A stretch of DNA of 64,000 nt, from NCBI GenBank assembly GCA_964016885.1, contig OZ024743.1, positions 43,400,001-43,464,000 of the forward strand, in the 5' to 3' direction. Within the stretch, counting starts at the first letter, position 1. The number at the start of each line of letters is the position of its first letter. This stretch comes from Eledone cirrhosa. Its lineage: Eukaryota. This document shows, piece by piece, positions 51,989-64,000 of this stretch. The notes under the pieces are model-generated. The model was given only the letters and a program-made list of their open reading frames with translations, was not told where the DNA came from and ran no database searches. Position numbers and translations under genes: made by a program.

Positions 51989-54030
51989 TTCTTGTATGTA
52001 TGTTTGCATTAATGTGCAGACATGGAAAGCGGTGTATGGGATTACGCTGTAGTTGGATTATGTATCTATCACACCATCTAGAGGCGCGCTCACATACCAC
52101 TACTTGGGCTTGTAAATTTAGGATATCCCAAAAATCTCAAGTATTATGACCGGTCTCGATATGATAAAAGTTCTTAATACCATCATTCTAAGTCAACTTA
52201 ACCTTGAGGACAATACATCAGACTGCAAGCCAAGCAACATATCCTCTTAGAGTATGCTTAAAGCAGTGACTGCACATAAGAGTTCCAGTCACGTTCGGTA
52301 GGCGGTATAATTAAAGGAAGCTGCTATTTATTTCCATACAGAGCAGCACCTTATTACAACGAGACCATAAGGAGGAGTAGACTTAGTGGGATGTTAATGT
52401 ACTCAGAAGACGCACATTTGCAATGAAAACATAAAAATGGAATATGAGCTCTTTTAATCCTCCGATTAAACCAGACCTCCCTCTGAATATAGGTAGAAAC
52501 TGTTTCATTTTGACAGCAAACACAAGTACCGTAATATTTGGTACTTGTAAAGTTAAGATTAATTATTCTTGTCTAGTCTCTATCATTTCTAACACCACAT
52601 ACTTCAACAAAAATAAACAAACACGTTCTTTCATATGCACATGATGAACTTAATCCTAATTTCTACTAGGTGATTCTGATTTTGCAAAGCAGTCGTATAT
52701 GCGTTGAAAGCAGATAATACCCTACAAGCGACACACAAATACACTTCGGATATCTAACTGACAAAATGACAGGAACATTCGAGATAATTAAACGTTTTAT
52801 ATAGGGCTAAATGTTTAGGTAAATTTTCTGCCGTGAGTAACAAAATACTCTCAAAAATATCTAGTTAAACACCAAGAAATTGTAACTGAAACTTGTGTTT
52901 CAGTAAAAGAATAACCTTGTTGCAATATAGATATGTATTCCTTAACGTGACGAAAAAGAGAGAAACGTTCAGAGGACGAAGGTCAAAGGGTTTGTTAGTA
53001 ACTTTTGGAATCATATAATACAGATAACAATAGGAGAACCTATGTTTTATTGGGAATGGGGTTACAAGGGGTTAGCCGGTTAGGTTGTCCAAAGTTCATT
53101 GTTGCAACGCTGGTTTGTGAAGAAACAAAATGAACTTAGTATTTACTGTTGCATTGCATAAATGTACAGTTGTGTGACATTTCCTTGGATTGTTATGGAT
53201 GTCTATGAAGCAGCATTGCTCCACAGGAAACACTCATCGGTGCTAGCAAATACTTTTAGAATATTAAGGGTTACTGGGACCGGTCTGAACAAAAATACCT
53301 CGGCTTCGTGATATAACGTTTCCATATCGAGGATGTTTGTCTTCTTGAAAGGCGATTATCTACGTGGTATCTTAACATCTTTAACGGCATTGAAGTTTTA
53401 TAGTTGGATGCTTGATTCGTTAAAAGTTTGTCTTTAAATTGTTTTTAAAAAAAATTAATCTGGAACTCGGAAGGATGACCATCACATAATCTGAACTCAG
53501 ATCGGAATTAATTGAGTGGAATACCGCAAAATATATCGAAAGACAGTCTACCTATTCTGCCAATCCAACGCCACAGTTGTGTTCTTTAATAATATTCACA
53601 TAGCCAGTATTTTACAGGGTGATGGATCAATTCTATCGACTCCAGTATTTATCTGGTACTTTATTTTCTCCACATCTGAAATATAAAAGTCAACGTGAAA
53701 CTTTGCAGGATTGGAACTCCGGCTTATTCTTCGATGATGTAACATCTTATATCCCTGCGCTTGTTTTCCAATTAGTAAACAAACAAAAGAAACATCATTA
53801 CGGCATATGATGGTGCTATCACACCACTCACCTATTATGATAGAAACATCGCTTATTTTCATCATTGGATTCTGGTTATGTTGCTCAGTGTGTCGGTTCA
53901 TGCAAGTGTACTCTTCAAAAACGGGATTGATTTAAGACATGTGGATGAAATGTGGCAGATAGAAACTGTTGAATCCCATCGTATAGTCGTAAATACACAC
54001 ACACACACACATGTATATATATATATATAT

Positions 54031-54226
54031 ATAGGAACGAGTAGGACCCCGACGGTGGAGCTCAAGCCGTTTCGACGGTTAATTCTGGACCAGAATTAGC
54101 CGTCGAAACGGCTTTAGCTCAGCCGTCAGGGTCCTACTCGTTCCTATTACCCACTCTACTACCCTAAGTATTGAGTACTTTGGTGCGTTATGGTCCACCT
54201 GGTTCCTTACCACATTTCCTTCGTTA
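54031..54226. repeat. Family B fold-back copy
   Basis: Palindrome centred at 54089 (arms 54031-54088 / 54090-54147); flanked by (TA)n. Confidence 0.9.
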
Positions 54227-54312
54227 TATATATATATATATATTTATAGTGGTAGAACACTAGAACGTAATATCCGTAGTGGTAGAGCACTCACTCTATG
54301 GGGCGAGTTAGG

Positions 54313-54431
54313 TAGAAGTGGTTAAAACAGATAGTTCACCATACCGAGAACAATAGTTTCACCTTAGCCGATGCTCAACTCGTAATGGATCCATTACGTA
54401 TGGTGAACTAACTGTTGTGTAACCACTTCTA
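54313..54431. repeat. Small fold-back with internal 18-bp palindrome
   Basis: TAGAAGTGGTTA..TAGTTCACCATAC / GTATGGTGAACTA..TAACCACTTCTA; CGTAATGGATCCATTACG at 54381-54398. Confidence 0.75.
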
Positions 54432-54479
54432 TATATATATATATTTCTCTTTACCATTATCTTTTGTTGTCATAACATT

Positions 54480-54955
54480 CTCTAAAAGGCTACAAAATAA
54501 ATTCCCAAATACGGGCACGGATTTAATGAACTTGTTCACGTGACACCCATAATTTCATTTATAACCAATCATATTACATTTATGAAAAAAAAAAGCTTTC
54601 GTGAACCCTCTTTTTTTAAGTAAAAAGAAATTTAAACACTCATATATGAAAATACAACCTGAGACCCCCCCTCCCCCTGTTTGAAGAACTTTGTAACGCG
54701 AACTGGCGCGAAATTTATTATACTTATTGACCAACCAATTCTCTAAAAACCTGGCGTTTCGAGCCACTTTTTTCCATATAAAACAAGTAACATTCAAAGA
54801 CCAACCAGATGTGAGAAAAACCACAGACTGTCCATCTCAACTCTACTTTTGAAAAGCAGAAGAACTGCGAAACCGGTAAAGGAACCAAATAAATATATAT
54901 ATTTTTTTAAAATAACACTACAGTTGCATTATCGATTTCATCTTTTTTTCTTTAT
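54480..54955 (+). mobile_element. Solo 3' UTR/pLTR fragment of the Neptune-like PLE, with HHR at 54844-54883
   Basis: Collinear with ~3740-4357; TTGAAAA-GCAG/aagaa/CTGC-GAAA-CCGG-TA-AAG retained. Confidence 0.9.
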
Positions 54956-55011
54956 ACTTTCACTCGCGTAGGACACCTCGGTTATTTTTCATTTCGTAAA
55001 GAACACCTCAC

Positions 55012-55151
<140 letters not shown>

Positions 55152-55720
55152 GTATATATATATCCCATGGTCGGGTCGTTGGCGACTAAACTGGCAACCC
55201 CACCAAGGTTTCTTGGTGAGGAGGGTGACTTTGGACATCCTGCAGGACTAAAAACAAAACCTGTCAAAGGGCAAAGGAGCTCTTAAGAGTCAATGGCCAT
55301 CCAAAATCACCGGGAGAGATGACCCCTTAGCCTTTGTCAAGGCAGAATTCTAGGAGAAGGAAAACTCTGATATAACACCTGCAACCCTGATGGTATCCAA
55401 TGATGTTGACTTGTTCTTCTTTTTGGTAAATATCATCTTGGTTAAGAGAGTGGGACTGGCTTTGTGCAGTGCCTTTGCTCACTATAAAAGCTTCACGGCA
55501 CAGGCATTGCTTTATATCTGGAGATCTCTCTGCACTTGTCGTCACATGGTACCATGGGCCCAGCACTATGTGTCAGTAATTGTCACAAGTGTAGTGTTTG
55601 TACCAGAGTTTTCAAGTCGCTGGCTGGACTAAAAATTCACACTCGTTCAGCGCATCGGTAGGGGTTCTCCTACATGGATATAAAGTAGTGGCCGTACTCG
55701 AAAACGAGTTGGCAGCCACC

Positions 55721-55758
<38 letters not shown>

Positions 55759-55771
55759 GTATATATATATG

Positions 55772-55804
<33 letters not shown>

Positions 55805-55811
55805 GTATATA

Positions 55812-55904
<93 letters not shown>

Positions 55905-55965
55905 GTATATATATGTATACATATATATATATATATTTATATATATATGTATATATATATGTATA

Positions 55966-56018
<53 letters not shown>

Positions 56019-56038
56019 GTATATATATGTATATATAT

Positions 56039-56095
<57 letters not shown>
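55721..56095. repeat. (TA)n / (TATG) microsatellite
   Basis: Long interrupted dinucleotide array. Confidence 0.95.
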
Positions 56096-56096
<1 letters not shown>

Positions 56097-56099
<3 letters not shown>

Positions 56100-56216
56100 A
56101 GGCGTGTGGCTGAGCGGTTAGAGAATTGGATTCGCAATCGTAAGGTTGTGAGTTCGATTCCTGGACCAGGCGACGCGTTATGTCCTTGAGCAAGACACTT
56201 TATTTCCCGTTGCTCC
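56097..56216 (+). mobile_element. Second tRNA-derived SINE family (5' part, CORE/Meta-like body)
   Basis: A box TGGCTGAGCGG, B box GAGTTCGATTCC, then TGTCCTTGAGCAAGACACTTTA. Confidence 0.75.
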
Positions 56217-56312
56217 TTCTACCTGGAGTTGCGACCGATAGATAGTATTAGCAATTGGAAAGACCAACGGAAACATTGTTCCCTCGGTCCGATTTGACGA
56301 AAGTCGATCGTT

Positions 56313-56353
<41 letters not shown>

Positions 56354-56354
56354 G

Positions 56355-56560
56355 GTTGTACACCCAAGGCTTGGGCCCCGTGCTATCCGCCCACAACAAA
56401 CATCTCACTCGCCACAATTATTTCACCACAATTGGCCCTGCTCTCTTTAACATTACACCAATACACATCAAAGCCGAAACAGACCCCATCGAGTTCAAGA
56501 AGTATTTGGACAAATTCCTTCAAGAAATCCCGGACAAGCCTTCTACACCCGGATATGCAG
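56355..56560 (+). mobile_element. CR1/L2-group LINE C-terminal remnant
   Basis: FTTIGPALFNITP..FKKYLDKFLQEIPDKPSTPGY. Confidence 0.65.
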
Positions 56561-57761
56561 AAGTAAAAAACACGTGGCTTCAGCTGTAGTTTAAAATTCC
56601 CATTTAAACAAGAGTTCTTCTTACAGTTTCCAATGACATGTACACATTGTTATTTTCTTGTGCTTGTTGGTAAGGGATTAATCCAACGCTAATATTCGAC
56701 TGGTATTTTATCTACCGTATATAAAAACGATGAATTTGATTTGGGGGTGATTTGAATCTAAAATATACAAGGTGATCACTTTTTCGACAAACCTGGTTTG
56801 ATACATGCTTTAACAACTTAATCAACCCAGCGCTTTTTTGAGAATTGTATAACTATTTCATTAATATTACTGAGCGATTTGAGGCCATCAACACACATTT
56901 TAAAATATATAACACGATAAATTAATTAAGGCTTCCAACACTATCCACTCCCGCTTTGATAATTTATTAAATGTTAAATCTTTTTTAAATACATGAATAT
57001 TAAAATATTTCATTAAGTAATCCTTGTTTACAAAATTGAGACCAGGTTACGGACTATATACGAGGTTGACTAAACTTTTGTATAATCATGTTAGTACGTA
57101 AAATAATACTACTTGCTTGTGCAGGTTTCTGATTTATATATAATTAGAACTTAAGTTGTATTTAATTCATGTTACATTTTCTGATATATTTGCTTACATC
57201 TTTTTGTTCATGCCGATGAAGAGCCAATGATTCCAGAAAAAAGTTTGATGGGATCCCACAATTAGACAAAATATTAAAAGTGTTGACTGTTCTTTCGAAC
57301 ATTTGAGATAGGTGGAAAGAAACAAGTGCGTTATTGTCGGGACAGATTTACACCAATGTTTTGGAAAAAGTATGGACTCCGCTAAAGTAAATGTTTAAAA
57401 TGTGGTAGTGTTTTTAAACGAGATATGAAAATAATTGGACTGCCGTAAAGCGCAAAATTACAAGGAAGACGCTTGTCCTGGATCTGAAACTGATTTTTAA
57501 AAAATAATAAACAATGTTGGGTAAGGATGTAGTACATACACTGATGTAATGTGAAAGGGTAGAGATTATAAGCAGAAATGTAGGCAAACCCATGCGATAT
57601 TTATGTGTCATACACGTGGAAATAATTATGTGTCATACACGTGGAAAATTAAATTGCTTACACATTTATAGGAACATATATATATATACACACGAAATAA
57701 ATTGAAACACATAGGCATTAGGATGGATCTGGTAGAAATATATGCCGTAAAAGACAAATAA

Positions 57762-57798
57762 GAGTAGTAGTAGTAGTAGTAGTAGTAGTAGCAGTAGC

Positions 57799-57833
<35 letters not shown>

Positions 57834-57935
57834 AAGAAGAAGAAATAGTAGTAGAAGCAATAGTAGTAGAAGAAGAAGTAGTAGTAGAAGTAATAGTATT
57901 ATTATTATAATTATTATTATTATTATTATTATTAT

Positions 57936-57975
<40 letters not shown>

Positions 57976-58020
57976 CGTAGCTGTTGTTGTCGTTGCTGTT
58001 GTATAATTAGTATTATTATT
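57762..58020. repeat. (TAG)n/(TAT)n compound microsatellite
   Basis: Trinucleotide arrays. Confidence 0.9.
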
Positions 58021-58516
58021 CCAGTGCATGTAATTTAGCTTGCGCAGGACTCAAACTACAGGATGCACCTAGAAATATTATTTGCGAAAGCAACAGCTGG
58101 CTTATTTTCACTACTGCCACTTCTGCTGCTAATAATATCACGACCGATGCTGCAGCTTTCTTTGGCTGCTACTGCAGAAGCTGTTGCTTTCTAGCTGCAC
58201 ATAGTTATCACAGTTAGTCTTCAAGTCGCTAGTGCTAGGGTAAGCAGCTCTCCATTTAAGAAAGCGAGGAAAGTTTTTCATTGAACATCTTTATCTACCA
58301 CGGACTTGTTTTCACTGTTTTACCACGTGTGCGCAGTTCAGCTTCATGTTGCGCAGCATGTAAGTTTTCAAACTCAATCTCTCTTACTCTAAGTTGATCC
58401 AATTTACATAAAACTAAATTCAGATTTTGTACTTAATTTCTGATACAATCAATCTTCGAACACGTTAATTGCAGGTGTTTTTTGCAAGAAACAGGGATTT
58501 CTAGATTGTGTTATAA

Positions 58517-58614
<98 letters not shown>

Positions 58615-58833
58615 TCATACATATATATGTGTGTGTGTGTACGTGAGTGTGTGTGTGTGTGTGTGTATCTGTGAGAGTTTCTGCGTTCGTTACATACATT
58701 AGGCCATAGTACGTTACATAAACATACATCTTCATGTAGACATTTACACATATACAGATAATTAAACACATACACACACAGCTACACATACATATACACG
58801 TGTGTGACTGGCAATATGTGTGTGAGTGTATGT

Positions 58834-59230
58834 GAGGTTGAATTTAAGAGACTTCAGTTTCCAGTCAAACTAAGTTTTATTATTTCAATTAACAAATCTC
58901 AGGGTCAATCCCCCAAGGTAGTTGGAGATGATCACTCTAATACATCTTTCTTCCACGGCCAACTCTATGTTGGTTGCCAACAATTTGGAACCAGCAACAA
59001 TGTATTCATTTTGACACCGGTAGAAAATTACACGTTGAATATTGTTTAACCTGAGGTGCTTCAAGTTTGACAGATTTTCTTTTCTAAGTTATCATTACAA
59101 TTTTGATTTTTTTTTTTTTTTTATAAAATGTAAATATTTTGAAATAATCATAAGAAAAATATATCTCCATTTTTATTGTTTACTAATCTGAATAAGATCA
59201 GCAGTAATTCGGGCAACGCCGGGTGATTCA
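58834..59230 (+). mobile_element. Helitron 3' remnant (PIF1-like helicase C-terminus + terminal hairpin)
   Basis: FKRLQFPVKLSF..INKSQGQS..FFHGQLYVG..NIV*PEVL; downstream CGGGCAACGCCGGGT hairpin relic at 59210-59224. Confidence 0.85.
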
Positions 59231-59235
59231 TATAA

Positions 59236-59275
<40 letters not shown>

Positions 59276-59278
<3 letters not shown>

Positions 59279-59401
59279 CAAAGGAAATGTGGTAAGGAAC
59301 CAGATGGACCATAACGCACCAGAGAACTCAATACTTAGGGTAGTAGAACAGGAAATAGCCGTCGAAACGGCTTAAGCTCTGCCGTCGGGGTCATACTGTT
59401 T

Positions 59402-59406
<5 letters not shown>
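59276..59406. repeat. Family B copy with internal inversion
   Basis: Inverted 3' end joined to TAGCCGTCGAAACGGCTTAAGCTC...TTCCTAT; flanked by (TA)n. Confidence 0.85.
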
Positions 59407-59436
<30 letters not shown>

Positions 59437-60001
59437 ATGCATATATATATTCATGCATATATATATGCATGTATATACACATACATACATATGTACATAT
59501 ATACATACAATATACGTTTGCAAATATAGAGATTGAATATTTATGTGCACATGTCTTGGCATACGTTCTTAATAAATAATATAAATAATGATCTATACGT
59601 TGCAGTCGCTCATACATAAACACTCGCATAGGTAGAAGGCATGGAAGAATGCACACAAATATGCATACCGACATAGACACATACGCACACACACATATAT
59701 ATATATATTTATATATATACACGCACATATACATATATGTCTGTGTGTGATTGCTGTCAGTTTTCCTGTTTATCATAGCGTTTCGACTAAATGATATCGA
59801 TGTACAAACGATATCGAAGTTACAAACTTTAAAAAATAAGTGGTGGGATCGATATGATTAACTTTATAATCCTTTAAATGAGGTAATCGAACATGTTTGC
59901 TAATTAATGAAAAATGAATATAATATATATATATGCGAAAATACACAGCAATCAACAATGTAAAAAGTAGAGTACAGCGAAAATATAAATTAGCTTAACC
60001 G

Positions 60002-60933
<932 letters not shown>

Positions 60934-61852
60934 TTACTTATACAGATGCACGCATTTATCACTGTTATATTTCTATTTTTTTCAACCGTAGAGTGCATGG
61001 AATTGTCTTTATGTTTCTTTACTGCCAGCTGGTATACTAGCACTGAGAATGATCAGATGGTACACTTGTGCACTTGTTTATGAACTTGTCATGACGACCA
61101 TATATTATATGTCGGGCATCGAAGGAACCACTTTTTCTTCCTGTGACATGTGTTGGTATTTAAACTCTAACCTCACTGAATTGAAACAAATACAGTAATG
61201 CATCTTCGGAGGAGGATCGAAAGACCCGACTCTCTTCCATTCTGGACAGGAATTTCATTTTCTCCTCACTCAACGTCCTAAACTAATAAAAGCACTGTTT
61301 TCCAAGGTATGACTTGAACTAGGAGTAAAGTCTCAGAAAATATACAATAAGGTATCTCTTCTGATGCTGTGAACATGCTCCAACCCACAATCTTTGGCTG
61401 GTTATTTATTTTATACCCAACCAATATAACAAAGGCAAAGTTGACTTCAGTGCAGATTGTCCAAACGAATGTTCTAAAAATACGACTATACTTAATTCAC
61501 CACCGGTAGATTATGTTATCAACCACGAATATAAGATACGGAATATGGATCTAGGCATGTTTGGAAGTCTTTCATTGAACATTAACACTGGCCATAATAT
61601 TGCTACATACTGGTCATGAACCCGTTCTGATTATGACCCTCTACATTTTCAATTCTTTATGCAGAGAAAGAGAGAGAGATCCAAAGAAATATAAGAAAAT
61701 AAATTTATTTGCATGTGTCTGTTGATGTGTGTGTGCGCGCATATTATATATTGTTATGATAGCTAATTGCTCACTATATTTACAAAAGTAATTATCGATA
61801 AAGTATAGAGTGGGTGCAGCTACAGAGCAATGATCTGAGAGTGAGAGTCGAG

Positions 61853-61884
<32 letters not shown>

Positions 61885-62192
61885 GAGAGAGAGAAAGAAT
61901 ATAGAGATTGAGAGAGAGCAATGATACAAATCCAGGCATATTTACATTAGATAAGTTCATATATTATGTATTAAAAAATATTTGTATTATATATACACGC
62001 GCGTACACACATGTACACACATACACACACATACACACACCTATATATATATATTATATATATATGTATATATATATGTGTGTGTGTGTGTGTGTCTGAT
62101 TGTATTTGTGCATGTGCGTGCGCGAGTGTATATACGATAGAAATATTTTTTCATACATAATATATGAAATTATCTATTGTAAATATGCATGG

Positions 62193-62243
<51 letters not shown>

Positions 62244-62499
62244 TATCTGTATATAGTCATATATAAGTAAACGGATACACGTTGATACTTTAGTGTAGAG
62301 TTTGTGTCGAGTGTATCGATACTTCAGTGAAGTTATATCTCTTTTTCTTCCTCTATCCTCACCGCACATTCCTTCACGAATTTCCACCAAATATTTATCA
62401 AATGACACTAAAAACATGTTTAAAAGCGGATAAATGTCCCTTATATTGGAGGGGAATTACCTATTTCTTCTCTGTTTCATATATATATATATATATATA

Positions 62500-62571
<72 letters not shown>

Positions 62572-63859
62572 GTATATATAAATATATATATATATAGATA
62601 TATAGATATAGATATATTATTACTATTATTATTATTATTATTATTAGTAGTAGTAGTAGTAGTATTTATTTCTCCTAACTTTAAATTTACACCTAATTGT
62701 GTATGGTTGACGGTATATTTAGTCAGTTTCTACATGCTGTTGAAATGTTGGGTAAATACCCCATTGGGGTCAACCGCGAAAAGGCCGCTTTCGGTTATTT
62801 ATCAAATATTTCTTCATAGGAGCCTTTATTCTTATAGTCTGGTCTAATTGATTTTTTATATAGTTAACTATGCTAATTGGGAGAGGAATGGTATATATTT
62901 TATCTAATAATTCTAAGGACATGATTTATGATATATTGCTCTGATTATTTAATTTATTAATTCTTCATTGAGCCACATCGTGACCGGTTGCCACATATAT
63001 ATCTGTGACTTTATGTATATGTAAATCTTTATATATATATATATATACATATATATACATATATATAGAGATAGATAGATAGATAGATATAGATATAGAC
63101 AGTTAGATATACAAGACCATATCAATATGATTAACGATATGATGGAATCTCAGATTTCAAATTTGCAACACATAAAACAGGTTTTATAGGCTGGAATACG
63201 TAGAACGTAAACTCGCTCTAATTAATCCGATATCTTTTATTTTTTAAATAATTTCTGTACCAAAACATTTCCGTTATATCTTGAGAAACATGTCATTTAA
63301 CCATAACTTTCTGTTCGATAAGTTGCATTGACATAAAATATTGATTCGTTTTACTTTTTGGCGGACACTTGCAACTATCATCGTAATCTCGACTATTTAT
63401 TAGTATTTGGAATCCTACTTCATGTGAAGGATTATAGGCAAATCTATTTTTGACAGATTTTGCACACCGAACGATTAACTGAATAATCTTGTAAATATTA
63501 TGATTGCTTCATCTTATTAGATGGTCGCCGTCTTCTCAGAGACATTTTATATGATTGGATTATGAAATACGGACTCTTGCACGACACATATGCCACATGT
63601 TTAGTATACAGCGACAAGCTAAAGTAGGACGACCTGACACTATGATAATCGCCTTTTTATGTTTCAGAATTGTTTTTATATTTTCCAATAAGGGATATCC
63701 ATGACATACTAGAGATTGATTTTGGAGTGTTCCCTTCTGAGATTTACTATATATATATGTATGAATGAAGTAATTCCGTCGGAAAAGTCCAGGAAAAAAG
63801 AGTGTTCTATGTAGGTAACAGAGCTTAATAGTTATGTAATAAACAACATAGGGCAATTA

Positions 63860-63920
63860 TTTCATTTACCAGTGGTTTCTCACAAGCAAAAATAAATTGC
63901 TTTCAATCATCAGAATCAAA
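63860..63920 (-). ncRNA. Type I hammerhead ribozyme (diverged Family C copy)
   Basis: Minus strand: TTTgATT-CTGATGA-ttgaAAGCAA/tttatt../TTGCTTgtga-GAAACC-act-GGTA-AATgAAA; flanks homologous to 35770-35920 but helix II sequence differs. Confidence 0.7.
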
Positions 63921-64000
63921 AAATTCTGGTTTATTTATTGACGTTGGATTTACCCATTTGCATTGTCGAGGCTTCCAAACGACTTAAAGATATTTACATA

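Noticed and set aside
56097-56175. tRNA gene
   Set aside because: It has A/B boxes but no proper cloverleaf and runs into a SINE body; called a SINE head.
58063-58194. 43-aa hydrophobic ORF (MHLEILFAKATAGLFSLLPLLLLIIS...) resembling a signal peptide
   Set aside because: Short, ends in a stop, derives from a (CTG/CTA)-rich degenerate repeat, and has no supporting exon context.

Overview
AT-rich animal genomic DNA made almost entirely of transposable elements and microsatellites. It is most likely octopus or another cephalopod, inferred from the Nin/Deu-type tRNA-SINE and the huge (TA)n arrays. I found no supportable host gene. The window contains one intact, young Naiad-type Penelope-like retroelement (PLE; 773-aa RT + GIY-YIG ORF, two ~1.07-kb pseudo-LTRs, an 88-bp inverted cap), a decayed Neptune-type PLE and further PLE relics. 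It also has a scrambled and inverted L1/Tx1 element, RTE and CR1-like LINE fragments, a complete non-autonomous Helitron, a Helitron helicase relic, and about 10 tRNA-derived SINEs, most with TSDs. The most striking unannotated signal is about 15 hand-folded type I hammerhead ribozyme (HHR) motifs from roughly 10 sequence families. They include HHRs with very large helix II/III insertions and a family with a fixed atypical core. They also include a non-coding 1003-nt unit bounded by two HHR-bearing direct repeats (retrozyme-like, predicted circular RNA) and fold-back elements carrying an HHR in each polarity. All structures were folded by eye; nothing was computed or searched.
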